From positions 8,386 through 72,385 of the forward strand of contig DXBM01000036.1 of NCBI GenBank assembly GCA_019116525.1: 64,000 bases of DNA, in the 5' to 3' direction. Source of the DNA: Candidatus Olsenella pullistercoris. GTDB taxonomy: Bacteria > Actinomycetota > Coriobacteriia > Coriobacteriales > Atopobiaceae. The notes under the pieces are model-generated. The model ran no database searches and was not told the DNA's origin. It saw only the letters and a program-made list of their open reading frames with translations. Position 1 is the first letter of the stretch, and every line of letters starts with the position of its first letter. Shown here one piece after another: positions 19,591 through 29,592 of this stretch. Both the position numbers and the translations under genes were made by a program.

Positions 19591-22500
19591 TTAGCTCATC
19601 ACCCTTTCGAGCAACGCCGCGTAACTGTCCACGGCGTCATATGTCACTTCCGCATCGCATAGCTCGTTGAAGAGCTTCTTCGCACATGCGATTTTCGCTT
19701 GCTCGATGGGGCGCAAGTCCAACGTGTTCATCGATCCCTTGGTCTCCGCGACAAAGAACACGTGATTCACGCTCTCGCGTTTGAACGCAATTGCCCAATC
19801 GGGGGCGTAGTTGCCAACCGGCGTCGGTATCTGGAACGAACGCGGCAGCTTGGCGTAGACGACCACCTCATCAGCTGCGTCCAGATCCTCGGCAAACCGC
19901 CGCTCCACAGACTTCACAGCCGTCCCGTCCGGGAACACGTAGTCCTGCACGTTCTTCTTGGAACGGTAGGCGCGCGCCATGCTCTCCGGCATGGTCTCCG
20001 TAAAGATGGCGGCGTCGTAGCGCTCCTCGAGCCGGTTGTAGCTGATGTGCTCCACGATCATCGTCGCTTTCTCGTCGACGATGGCATCCCCCACCTTGGC
20101 GATGAACTCCTCGGGGTTCTCCTTGAAGAGCGCAAACTTCACGGGGCTCATCTCAGAGAGAATCCTCGCCGCGCTTCGACGGGTGATCTTCGCCCGCCTT
20201 GCAACCTCGCCCACCAGGTCGTACTTGACATGAATGGGAGAGACGTCAGAGAGGTTGTGCGTCTCTGTATGCCTCATCTCGAAGTGACTCTTCGAGTCAA
20301 GCTGCTCCGCACTCCCCTCCTCGGCCTGCTCGCCAGTGACAATGCGATACGTCACCTTGGAGACCATGAGGTTGCGATCGATGTTGTCCACCGCCTTGCG
20401 TTGCAGCTCGTCATCATCAAAGTGAACGGTATAGGCCTGCTTGAAGTTGATCTTGTTCCAGAGCTCCTGGAACTCCCTCTTTCCGAAGTTCTCGTTAAGG
20501 GGATTGGAAAGAACCTTCGCCTCGAGACCGTTGCTCACCATGTCATCGAGCGCCGAGCTGTCAAAGACGCTCGTCAGAGCCGTCTCAATGAGAGGGAGCT
20601 TCTGCTCGATAACCGTGCGCGCGGCAACGGGAAGCGCCTCGAGCGCGTCGCGCCTGATGCCCTCGGTCTTGAACTTGTCGGTGACGCCGCCGTCGAGGCC
20701 AACATACTCGAGCTTCACCAGCACGTTGTGCACGAGCTCGGCCTGCTCGCCATCCAGCTCGAGCTTCACGCCGCCCGAGCCAACAAAGTGGAAGTCCCGG
20801 AGGAACTCCTTCGTGACCTTCTTCGGTCGCTCGCGCAGCTCGGCTCTAATGTCCTTCTGCAGGTCATTCACGAAGCTCGAGTAGCTCTCGGATGCGATAA
20901 CCGTAAGCAGGTTCACCTTCTGGACCATGTCCTCGCCGAGCGCTCCAACGTCCTGACGGTCGCCCTCCTGGTTCACGCACAGGCGCATGCCGCGCCCCAC
21001 CTCCTGGCGCCTGCTCGTCTCGGAGCCGGACTCCTTGAGCGTGCAGATCTGGAAGACGTTGGGGTTGTCCCATCCCTCGCGCAACGCCGAGTGGGAGAAG
21101 ATGAAGCGCGTGGGCTCTTCGAAGGAAAGCAGCCGCTCCTTGTTCTTGAGGATGAGATCGTAGGCGCTCTCGTCGTCGGAGTCCTCGGAGCCGCGCTTGG
21201 TGGTGCTGTTGATCGCGTGGCCCTTCTTGTCAATCGAGAAGTACCCCTTGTGGACCTGGCTCGGCTCAAACTGCTTGAGATACGAGGCGTAGGAGCCGGG
21301 TGCGTCGTCCCCAATGCGGGGAGAGCCGAGCCTCTCTGCTACAGCAGCGGCGTACTCCTCCTCGAAAACCTTGCCGTAGCCGACCGTCAGCTCCTCCCCA
21401 TCATCAACTGAATATTCGCGATACTTCTTCACCTCATCGATGAAGAAGAGCGAGAGGCACTTGATGCCCCGCGAGAAAAGCTGCTCCTCCTTCTGCAGGT
21501 GGCTCTTGATGGTCTCGCGAATCTGAACACGACGGATGTCCTCGCCGGCGGAGTCGCCGACAACCTCCCCGCAGCGAAGCTCCTCGCCATTCCGGAAGCG
21601 CACGTAGCCGAGAGCCCCGTCCTGGTCGGCACGAATCTCAGAGACGACGAAGTCGTTGCGGTAGGCCTCGAGTTCGCCCGAGGCAACGTAGATGTCGTCA
21701 CCCTCGTTGAACGAGCCGATGTCCTTCTTCACGCCGCCATTGGCCATGAGCTTCTTGAACTCGATACGCGCGACGGGAGCGGCCTTGCTCACCTTGATCT
21801 CTTGCAGGCAGAGGTAGCCGTCCGTGCCGCGCATGCCGCGCACCTCAAAGCCCTTGACCTCGATGCGCTTCACGAGGCGCATGTTGTAGGCGTCGAGCGC
21901 GTCGAGCGCGTAGACCTCGTTATGGTGCTCCGCATGTGTGGCCGAGTAGTTGAGCGAGAAGAGCGGGCAGAACTGCTGCATCGCCTTGCGCGTCGCGCTG
22001 TTCCTCTTCCCCATCTTCTGGGGTTCGTCGAGGATGAGGATGGGATTGGTTGCCGCCAGGACGTCGATGGGGCGGCGGCTGCCAAAGTCGTCACGCTCGG
22101 AGAACATGATGCGGGCGGTCTTGTCGCCCCCGCGTCCCTCCTTGCTCTTGGACTCGTCGAATGCGTTGAACGCCTGCATGTTGATGACCATAACAGAGAT
22201 GTCGCTTCTACTGGCAAAGGCATCGAGCTCGTTCAAACGCGAGCTGTTGTAGACGAACCACCAGATGCGCTTTCCGTAGCGGTCGGCGAAGTGTCGCTCG
22301 GTGATAGCGAGCGACTTCGCCACACCCTCGCGAATGGCGACGCTCGGCACCACGATGATGAACTTGGACCACCCGTAGCGCTTGTTGAGCTCAAAGATGG
22401 TCTCGGTGTAGACGTAGGTCTTACCGGTGCCCGTCTCCATCTCGACGTCCAGCTCGCAGGCGCCAAGTGAGTGGCTGAGCTTGCCCGAACGCTCGATGCC

Positions 22501-22761
22501 GTTGCGGTCCTGGACCTTCTTAATGTTGTCGAGAAGAACGTCGGAGCCCATCGTTAACGGAGCGTTCTTGTAGCCATCGGAAGCATCGACATCAAGGCCA
22601 TCGAAGTTGCCAATGAACGCCTGGCCCTTCTTGTTGTAGAACCCAGCTCCCAGGTCGCGGACAAACTGCTGGCCGTCGACTTTGGGCTGGCCCTCGAAGA
22701 CATCGGCAACCGCGTCTGCCGCCAAAGTCTGGTACTGCTGGACCTTGAACTTGAACTCCAT
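19591..22761 (-). CDS. res: Type III restriction enzyme Res subunit
   Basis: EMETGTGKT, DEPQ, SALREGWDNPNVFQIC, QEVGRGMR; C-terminal YAPDWAI...VAETKG nuclease motif. Confidence 0.93.
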   Translation of the reverse strand: MEFKFKVQQYQTLAADAVADVFEGQPKVDGQQFVRDLGAGFYNKKGQAFIGNFDGLDVDASDGYKNAPLTMGSDVLLDNIKKVQDRNGIERSGKLSHSLGACELDVEMETGTGKTYVYTETIFELNKRYGWSKFIIVVPSVAIREGVAKSLAITERHFADRYGKRIWWFVYNSSRLNELDAFASRSDISVMVINMQAFNAFDESKSKEGRGGDKTARIMFSERDDFGSRRPIDVLAATNPILILDEPQKMGKRNSATRKAMQQFCPLFSLNYSATHAEHHNEVYALDALDAYNMRLVKRIEVKGFEVRGMRGTDGYLCLQEIKVSKAAPVARIEFKKLMANGGVKKDIGSFNEGDDIYVASGELEAYRNDFVVSEIRADQDGALGYVRFRNGEELRCGEVVGDSAGEDIRRVQIRETIKSHLQKEEQLFSRGIKCLSLFFIDEVKKYREYSVDDGEELTVGYGKVFEEEYAAAVAERLGSPRIGDDAPGSYASYLKQFEPSQVHKGYFSIDKKGHAINSTTKRGSEDSDDESAYDLILKNKERLLSFEEPTRFIFSHSALREGWDNPNVFQICTLKESGSETSRRQEVGRGMRLCVNQEGDRQDVGALGEDMVQKVNLLTVIASESYSSFVNDLQKDIRAELRERPKKVTKEFLRDFHFVGSGGVKLELDGEQAELVHNVLVKLEYVGLDGGVTDKFKTEGIRRDALEALPVAARTVIEQKLPLIETALTSVFDSSALDDMVSNGLEAKVLSNPLNENFGKREFQELWNKINFKQAYTVHFDDDELQRKAVDNIDRNLMVSKVTYRIVTGEQAEEGSAEQLDSKSHFEMRHTETHNLSDVSPIHVKYDLVGEVARRAKITRRSAARILSEMSPVKFALFKENPEEFIAKVGDAIVDEKATMIVEHISYNRLEERYDAAIFTETMPESMARAYRSKKNVQDYVFPDGTAVKSVERRFAEDLDAADEVVVYAKLPRSFQIPTPVGNYAPDWAIAFKRESVNHVFFVAETKGSMNTLDLRPIEQAKIACAKKLFNELCDAEVTYDAVDSYAALLERVMS

Positions 22762-22764
22762 AAC

Positions 22765-24675
22765 CTAGATCACCTCGACCTCGGTAATGGAGCTGTAGTT
22801 CTTGAAGATCTCGGCAAAGTTCGAGACGGCATCGTCACCGGCGAACGAGGCGTCGCGCATGACGGCGTAGTCGGGCTCCATCTTGGCCATTGCCGTCATA
22901 ACCTCGACGGAGACGTCTCTGTCGAAGCAGGCGACGAGGCGACCTCCGTCAACCGAGAAGACCGTGCAGCCGTCGACGTCGAGCTTCTCGATGGGGGCCG
23001 AGAGCTCAATCTGCTTCTTGAGCATCACCTGGATAATGAGATCGTCGGCAGTGCGTCCCGGCTTGAGGTTGTCTGCCATGCCGACGAGCATCTGCTGGGT
23101 GTACTCCGCGGGCTCCGCGGAGACGTCCTCGAAGTTCGAGGAGTCGATCTTGAGCACGCGGAAGCCGACGTCGGGGACCCTCTTTGGCTCCTCGCCGAGC
23201 TTGAGCTGGCGGTTAGACTCCTCTACCTCGGAGGCAATCTTCCTGCCCGCGCGACGAACGCGCTCCTTGCCGATCTCACAGATGTTTTTGTAGCCTGCCT
23301 TAGCTGCCTCGGACTTCTCGTCGCAGACCTCTGGCAGCTGCACCATGATGAACTTGCGATTACCGCCGTCTTCGGCGTTGAGCTGCATGACGGCGTGGGC
23401 AGTCGTTGCGGAGCCGGAAAAGAAATCCAGAACGATGCCATCATCCGCACCCGCCATCTTAATTGACTCAGATATCAATTGTGGATTCTTGGGGCTATCA
23501 AAGGGCAAATCAGAAACTGATTTAGAAACAAGTAGATCAGCCCAATTTGACGTTCGAAGAACACGGTCTGAGGGTGCAACCCAATGCTCAACCCCACCGT
23601 TCTTGCCGCTCAATCCTTTACGACGCCTGATGAATCGCTTGCTACGTCCGGAAAACTTCCAATACTCTTCCAGAGTCATCTTCTTTTGATAAGTATCAAG
23701 ATATATTTGATAATTTTCTATTGCTTCTTCGGCTATTTCTTTTTTCCACTTCCATTGACCTTCGTCTGGCGTAAAGCCCAGAATCTCATACCGCATCGTT
23801 GGCCTATCGGCGGCATTCCAAAAACCTTTCCAATAGCCCTCATTAGCCCGACTTGCATCTAATTTCCTATATACAGCAGACAATAACGAATGGGGTGATT
23901 TCGCTATCACACAGATATACTCCAGTCCAACATTCAACGACCTAAGACCTTGAGAAGCAAACTGCTGATTTAGATTTTTGTCGTAACGGCGAGATGCAAG
24001 CAGGTTCCGAATTGCGTTGTTTCCAAATATCGACTTGCAGATTGTCATCAAATTGGCGAGCTCTTCTTCACCAATACTAATTAGAATAAACCCATCATCT
24101 CGCAGCAAATCCCTCGCGAGCAGCAGGCGCGGGTACATCATCGAGCACCAGTCGGAGTGGAAGCGGCCGTTGGACTCGGGGTTGGCGACGAGGCGGCCGC
24201 CCTCCTCGTCGTAGTCGCCGCTCTCGGCGTCGTAGTCGGCCTTTGTCTGCGCGAAGTCGTCGTCGTAGATGAAGTCGTGACCCGTGTTGTAAGGCGGGTC
24301 GATGTAGATCATCTTGACCTTGCCGGCGTAGGTGTTGCGCAGGAGCTTGAGTGCGTCGAGGTTGTCGCCCTCGATGTAGAGGTTCTGGGTCGTGTCCCAG
24401 TTCACGCTCTCCTCGGGGCACGGGCGCAGGCACTTGTCGATCTGGCGGTACGCCTCCTGCTTGGCCTCGCGCTTGCCCGGCCAGGTGAACTGGTAGCGCT
24501 CGCGCTGCCCCTCGGCGACGTCGCCCACGCGCTCCCTGAGGGCATCGCCGTCGATGGCGTGGCGAAGGGTGCCGTCGGGCTCGCGGACCTCCGTCACGAC
24601 CTCAGGGAAGAGCTCGGCGAGCCTCTCGACATTCTCGTCAATTATGCTCTCGGTGGTGTGGGACAGCTTCTCCAT
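22765..24675 (-). CDS. mod: Type III R-M Mod subunit (beta-class adenine methyltransferase)
   Basis: IEGDNLDALK, IYIDPPYNTG, HSDWCSMMYPRL, LDFFSGSATT; start MEKLSH overlaps the upstream stop (TGATG). Confidence 0.93.
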   Translation of the reverse strand: MEKLSHTTESIIDENVERLAELFPEVVTEVREPDGTLRHAIDGDALRERVGDVAEGQRERYQFTWPGKREAKQEAYRQIDKCLRPCPEESVNWDTTQNLYIEGDNLDALKLLRNTYAGKVKMIYIDPPYNTGHDFIYDDDFAQTKADYDAESGDYDEEGGRLVANPESNGRFHSDWCSMMYPRLLLARDLLRDDGFILISIGEEELANLMTICKSIFGNNAIRNLLASRRYDKNLNQQFASQGLRSLNVGLEYICVIAKSPHSLLSAVYRKLDASRANEGYWKGFWNAADRPTMRYEILGFTPDEGQWKWKKEIAEEAIENYQIYLDTYQKKMTLEEYWKFSGRSKRFIRRRKGLSGKNGGVEHWVAPSDRVLRTSNWADLLVSKSVSDLPFDSPKNPQLISESIKMAGADDGIVLDFFSGSATTAHAVMQLNAEDGGNRKFIMVQLPEVCDEKSEAAKAGYKNICEIGKERVRRAGRKIASEVEESNRQLKLGEEPKRVPDVGFRVLKIDSSNFEDVSAEPAEYTQQMLVGMADNLKPGRTADDLIIQVMLKKQIELSAPIEKLDVDGCTVFSVDGGRLVACFDRDVSVEVMTAMAKMEPDYAVMRDASFAGDDAVSNFAEIFKNYSSITEVEVI

Positions 24676-25292
24676 CAGGACTCTCCCTCCAGACGGGACA
24701 GCTCCGCCTCGATCGCACGCTTGCGGTCGAAGAGGGCGTTCCTCTTGGCTATTTGCTTTTCTGATCTGCGCTTTCTTTCCACCTGCTCGAGCTCGAGCCG
24801 CAGCGCTTCGCTCCGCCTCTTGCACTCAAGGCGACCGTTGAGGTCAACGGGGCTAGCGCTGCCGAAAACTACTTGGGACGAAATCGAATCCCATAGCTCC
24901 CCCAAGGTCGATCCAGCCAACTCGAGCTTGGCGTCATCGGTCGGCATCCAGTCCGTCTCATAGAGACGGTCACGCCTCACGAGCAGCTTGCAAGACTCAT
25001 CCGCCAGACAAACGAAGAGCAGCCTGTTGGGTATCGAACGGGCAACTAGCTCGATCGCCTCGTAGGGAACGTCAGCACCTTTGAGGTGGAACGCAAGAAC
25101 GTCAATCTCCGCCACATCCTTGTCGCCAGGGATGTGGATGCTGGCCTCTTTGATGGAGGCGACCATCTCGATGCGCTCGATCTGCTGGACGAACTGCTCC
25201 TTGATGGCAGCCGTCGTCTTGAGGTGCTCGTAGAACGCCTTCTTGGGCATCACACGGTTGACGAGCACCGTGCTTGGCAGGTTGTTAAGCAC
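24675..25292 (-). CDS. DUF4391 family protein
   Basis: LPSTVLVNRVMPKKAFY N-terminus; C-terminal coiled coil KRRSEKQIAKRN; usual position between SNF2 helicase and mod. Confidence 0.8.
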   Translation of the reverse strand: MLNNLPSTVLVNRVMPKKAFYEHLKTTAAIKEQFVQQIERIEMVASIKEASIHIPGDKDVAEIDVLAFHLKGADVPYEAIELVARSIPNRLLFVCLADESCKLLVRRDRLYETDWMPTDDAKLELAGSTLGELWDSISSQVVFGSASPVDLNGRLECKRRSEALRLELEQVERKRRSEKQIAKRNALFDRKRAIEAELSRLEGES

Positions 25293-28200
25293 GAGGCCTC
25301 ACCACCAGGAAGCAGACGAGCTCGAAGTCATCGAGGCCGGCGACGTCGTTCTCAAGGAAGCTCGTGGTGCCCCCGGAGAAGAAGCTGTCGAGGTCGGCCT
25401 CGGCCTTCTCCTCCACGATCGACTCGATAGCACTACGCAGCAGACTCGAGGCGGCACGCATGTCTCGCCCGTTCTTCGTGGCCTTGTTGTAGGCACGGCA
25501 GAGCGCCGCGTCGGGCTCGGACTTGCCTTTGCACGGGCGTCTCATGGCGTCGAGAGACTCTTTGGGATCGAGGTAGCCGTGCACGACCTCGCCCTCTTCG
25601 CTCACGTACACCAGGTAGAACGGGTGAATCTGGTTGCGCGTCTTGGCGTCGAGCTCCTGGTTCACGTTGCGGAGCACGAAGATGATACCTGGCGTATCGC
25701 CTTCCACTACGGCATCGATGCCCGTGGGAACGCTGTCGATGTTCGGGTTCTCCTGGTAGTAGGAGACGAGGTCCATTCGGAAGTCGTTGAGGCCAAGGTC
25801 AGTGATGGAGACTCCGCCCGAGACGTCCTCGAGGTCCACGACCTCGTGCTTCATCTGCTCGAGCTGCTGCTTGCGGTACTCGAGGTCGCCCTTCTCGTCC
25901 TCGTTGATGTAGTCGTCGTCGCCGGTCGAGGTCATGACGACGGCGTGCATGCGGTTCTCGACGCGCGCCTTGAGGTTGATGTAGTTATCCAAATCATCAT
26001 CGGGCCAGAAGTTGACAAGCTGAATGACATCGTTCTTGGAACCGATTCTGTCCACGCGGCCGAAGCGCTGGACGATGCGAACCGGGTTCCAGTGGATGTC
26101 ATAATTAATTAAATAGTCGCAGTCCTGGAGGTTTTGGCCCTCGGAGATGCAGTCCGTGGCGATGAGGATGTCGATGTCCTTGCCGCGCAGGCGCGGGTAG
26201 ACCTTGTCACGGTCCTTGGAGACGGGTGAGAAGCAGGTGAGAATCTCGGAGAGGTCACCGCGAACGCCTTCAACGTTGGTCTTGCCGCCGCCTGATCCCG
26301 TGACCTCGGCAACACCCAGCCTCAGCTCGCGAGACGCAAACTCGGAGACGTGCTCATAAAGGTAGTTCGCGGTGTCAGCGAACGCCGTGAAGACAATGAC
26401 CTTCTTGTTGCCCGGGTTGATGGGGTTCTCGACCTTCTCGGCAATGAGCCGCTCAAGACGCAGGAGCTTGTCGTCATGCTCGGCATCGATGCCGCGAATC
26501 ATCTCGAGCAGGCCCTCGATGGTCTGGGCATCATCACGAACGTCCCTCTCCCAGCTCTTCCAGTCAAGATCATGAAGGTCGAACTGCGTCTTGCCGCCCA
26601 CAGAGAAGTCCATGAAGTCGGCATCCTCGTAGTCGAGATCAAAGCCGTCGCCAAAAGAGGAGGCGTCCACTTTCGCCGAAGCCATGCCCTCCGCCTTGAA
26701 CACCTCAATGGTGTTGAGGCACTGGTTCATGACCGAGAAGACACGCTCGAGCGTGAGCCTGAAGGACGAGACGGAGCTCTCGAGGCGCTTGAGCAGGTTG
26801 GCTGCCATGAGCTTGCGGACACCCGTCTCGCGGCCGCTTGTGGTGAGGTTGCCATTCTTGTCCTCGTACTTCCCGCGAGCCGACGGCAGCAGATAGTGCG
26901 AGGGGATGTAAACCGCAAGCTTGAGCAGGTCGAGCGAGTTGGCAATCTCACTGTATGTGGTGCTGTTGGGCAGCGTGGAGAGCTTAGGGTAGATCGAGAT
27001 GGGGTCGTTACGACGCGGGAACGGGCCGATAGCATTTACGTCGTAATAGCGCTGGATGTGCTTGCGCGAACGGGCAACCGTCACCTGGTCGAGAACCTTG
27101 AAGAAGTCGAAGTCAAGCGAGTCGGTGAGTGCCTCGGTGCTGCGCTCCTCAGCCGGAAGCTTGGACCACATGTTGAACACGCCCTGGGCGTTCCGGAAGA
27201 CATCCTCGACGTTTGCGGAGAGTCCGAGCTTCTCCGACCACCCGTCGGGATCGCCCTGATAGGCCAAGGCAAGCTGATTGCGCAAATCACGGAAGCGGTT
27301 GTTGACCGGCGTTGCGGAGAGCATGAGGACCTTGGTGTCGTCGAAGCCACCCTTGATGACATGGTTGAGTAGACGCTGGTAGCGGTTCTCCGTGCCGCCC
27401 GTACCATCATCCTTTGCCGCTGTGGCGCTGTCCTCGCCGTTCCTAAAGTTATGAGACTCGTCGATGACCACAAGGTCATAGCTTCCCCAGTTGAACGTCT
27501 CGAGGTCAATGCCCGTGACCGTCTTCCCCCGCTTGCGGGAGAGGTCGGTGTGGTACAGAACGTCATAGCGGAAGGGCTTGTCGGCAAACGGGTTGTTGGC
27601 CTGGCGGTTGCGATAGACCATCCAGTTGTCGGAGAGCTTCTTGGGGCAGAGAACGAGCACGTAGCGGTTGCAGAGCTCGTAGTACTTAATCACGCCGAGA
27701 GCCGTGAACGTCTTGCCCAGACCAACGCTATCCGCAAGGATGCAGCCCTTGTACGTCTGCAGCTTGTTGATGACGGAGAGAACCGCGTCCTGCTGGAAGT
27801 CGTAGAGCATGTTCCAGATTGCGCTGTCCCGGAGGCCGGCACCCTCCTTGGGAAGGTTGTCCGCCGAGACGTCATCGAGGAAATCATGGAAGATTCGATA
27901 GAGCGCCGCGTAGTAGACAAGCTCAGGGGCGTTCTCCCGATACATTGCCTGAATGTTGTCCACGACTGTATCGGTGACGTCTTCGAGCCCCCCGTTTTTC
28001 CATGCCTGATCGAACATGGCGAGGAACTGTCGAGACGTTGAGGTGTCGAGACGTGACACGCCCGTCACGGTGGGATGATCGCCCACCCCAAGCTCTCCCA
28101 CCGTAAAGCGCTGGAAGGGCATGTAGGTAGAGGCATCTTCCTTTCCGCTCACAGTCAGAGCGGGCGCCACGGGTGCCTGACCGGCTGTTGCGGACCTGAA

Positions 28201-28545
28201 ACGAGCCTTCGCTCTAATCCAGCTCGCACATTCAGACGCAACGGCCTTTTGCGTGAGCTCGTTGCGAAGCTTTATCTCGAACTCCGTGCCGTAGAGGCCC
28301 TGCTCGCGCGAGAGGCGCGGGATATAGAACTCGCGCTGCTCCTTCTTGGCGCGTTCCTTGGCAAAGGTCGGCTCGGTGTATATGAAACGGAACCCGTCGA
28401 GCGACTCAAGCTGCTCACGGAGCTCGTTGAAGGCGTACATGGAGAACACCGATGCCGCCACGGAGACGGTATCTCCCTCTCGTATGACCCTGACGAGGTC
28501 GTCTTTGAGAATGGTGGTCCTGTTGTCAAAGAAGGCGTTGTCCAT
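25285..28545 (-). CDS. SNF2-family helicase with a degenerate PLD-like N-terminal domain
   Basis: ILADSVGLGKT, IDESHNFRN, LSATPVNN, TDCISEGQNLQD, QRFGRVDRIG; no HKD motif seen in the N-terminus. Confidence 0.88.
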   Translation of the reverse strand: MDNAFFDNRTTILKDDLVRVIREGDTVSVAASVFSMYAFNELREQLESLDGFRFIYTEPTFAKERAKKEQREFYIPRLSREQGLYGTEFEIKLRNELTQKAVASECASWIRAKARFRSATAGQAPVAPALTVSGKEDASTYMPFQRFTVGELGVGDHPTVTGVSRLDTSTSRQFLAMFDQAWKNGGLEDVTDTVVDNIQAMYRENAPELVYYAALYRIFHDFLDDVSADNLPKEGAGLRDSAIWNMLYDFQQDAVLSVINKLQTYKGCILADSVGLGKTFTALGVIKYYELCNRYVLVLCPKKLSDNWMVYRNRQANNPFADKPFRYDVLYHTDLSRKRGKTVTGIDLETFNWGSYDLVVIDESHNFRNGEDSATAAKDDGTGGTENRYQRLLNHVIKGGFDDTKVLMLSATPVNNRFRDLRNQLALAYQGDPDGWSEKLGLSANVEDVFRNAQGVFNMWSKLPAEERSTEALTDSLDFDFFKVLDQVTVARSRKHIQRYYDVNAIGPFPRRNDPISIYPKLSTLPNSTTYSEIANSLDLLKLAVYIPSHYLLPSARGKYEDKNGNLTTSGRETGVRKLMAANLLKRLESSVSSFRLTLERVFSVMNQCLNTIEVFKAEGMASAKVDASSFGDGFDLDYEDADFMDFSVGGKTQFDLHDLDWKSWERDVRDDAQTIEGLLEMIRGIDAEHDDKLLRLERLIAEKVENPINPGNKKVIVFTAFADTANYLYEHVSEFASRELRLGVAEVTGSGGGKTNVEGVRGDLSEILTCFSPVSKDRDKVYPRLRGKDIDILIATDCISEGQNLQDCDYLINYDIHWNPVRIVQRFGRVDRIGSKNDVIQLVNFWPDDDLDNYINLKARVENRMHAVVMTSTGDDDYINEDEKGDLEYRKQQLEQMKHEVVDLEDVSGGVSITDLGLNDFRMDLVSYYQENPNIDSVPTGIDAVVEGDTPGIIFVLRNVNQELDAKTRNQIHPFYLVYVSEEGEVVHGYLDPKESLDAMRRPCKGKSEPDAALCRAYNKATKNGRDMRAASSLLRSAIESIVEEKAEADLDSFFSGGTTSFLENDVAGLDDFELVCFLVVRPRA

Positions 28546-28669
28546 CCGCTACGCCACCCCCTCGGGGCGGCGCGGCAGGGCATGCGGGACTAGGTGGGCA
28601 CTCCTACTCGGAGAACCCCCCCCCCGCTAGGTTTTTGCAGCTCACAAGCGCGTTCATGTGCTCGCTCCC

Positions 28670-28698
28670 GTTACGACCGGCACCGTCCCCATCGTAGC
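28670..28698. repeat. Degenerate 29-bp GGGAC-N-GTCCC palindrome (REP-like family B)
   Basis: GTTACGACCGGCAC C GTCCCCATCGTAGC, 10/14 arm match; same length and geometry as 60375-60403. Confidence 0.45.
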
Positions 28699-28775
28699 GA
28701 GGGCACCGGACAATAATTCAACACTCCCATGATACCGGGAGTCGCGGACGTTGGCACATGCTCGCGGGCGGACGG

Positions 28776-28985
28776 TCAGTCCTCGACCTCTATCTCTCCC
28801 ACGATGCGTTTTAGGTAGCCGGGGAGCGTCTCGTAACGCTGCCCGTAGAGGTCGAGCAGCGCCTCCACGCGGCGACGGTCCACGGGCGCGCGCCGGCTCT
28901 CGCGCAGCAGCGCCTCCGCCTCTCCCGCGAGCTGCTCCTCGGCGAGGCTCCCCCACGCCGCCCACCCGGGCATGCCGTCACTCAT
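28776..28985 (-). CDS. 69-aa hypothetical protein (copy 2)
   Basis: MSDGMPGWAAWGSLAEEQ... Confidence 0.75.
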   Translation of the reverse strand: MSDGMPGWAAWGSLAEEQLAGEAEALLRESRRAPVDRRRVEALLDLYGQRYETLPGYLKRIVGEIEVED

Positions 28986-29007
28986 GCGAGCTCTCCGTTC
29001 TTCTCGC

Positions 29008-29286
29008 CTAACAATAGAAGCGAGCGGAGCCAAAGTATGAGTTCCAGAGCTCAACGATCTCTGAGCTGCGGGCCTCTATGACGCGCATGATGTTGCGCAA
29101 GGTCTTCGGGGCGATTTTAGAGTTGTTGTTGCACAGGTAGGCCTTGCCCGCTCTCGTGATCCAGATCTTTGTGGCGTTTGCCGTTGGTGACCCCTCCGCC
29201 ACGTGAACGTAGACAGGTTCGAGAGGGTCGTTTTCGTTCGTCCAAAAGTAGACCCAGTACGAGCCAATCCTAAAAACCTGAGGCAT
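29008..29286 (-). CDS. DUF4160 family protein (copy 2)
   Basis: MPQVFRIGSYWVYFWTNENDPLEPVYVHV. Confidence 0.8.
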   Translation of the reverse strand: MPQVFRIGSYWVYFWTNENDPLEPVYVHVAEGSPTANATKIWITRAGKAYLCNNNSKIAPKTLRNIMRVIEARSSEIVELWNSYFGSARFYC

Positions 29287-29539
29287 TCTCGAACCCCCCA
29301 TCGGCGGCGAACTCGAGAATCAGGTTAGCCGTTGAGGAAATGATGTCCTTGAGGTGGGCAAGTTCCTCGTCGGTGAAGCCGTACTGGTCCTCCCAAGAAT
29401 AGTCGGGAAGATAGCAGGTGACATGATGGAAGCAGTCCTTGGCGTCGGGCTTCTCGATGTAGACCTTCACCCTGCCATCAGGAAGGGTCTCTGAGTGGAC
29501 GATCTCCGTTCCGTCGTTCAGGGTCATGAACGGATACAT
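29270..29539 (-). CDS. 89-aa acidic partner of DUF4160 (copy 2)
   Basis: MYPFMTLNDGTEIVHSE...; AAGGAGG RBS. Confidence 0.75.
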   Translation of the reverse strand: MYPFMTLNDGTEIVHSETLPDGRVKVYIEKPDAKDCFHHVTCYLPDYSWEDQYGFTDEELAHLKDIISSTANLILEFAADGGFENASGF

Positions 29540-29592
29540 CATGACGACCACCTCCTTTTCGCATGTCTCCCTGATTGTATACCCCAAGGCCG

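Noticed and set aside
3570-28545. DISARM or BREX assignment for the helicase genes
   Set aside because: DUF1998 is fused to the helicase rather than a separate DrmB; no DrmC, PglZ or BrxC recognised; the SNF2 gene is coupled to type III mod/res.
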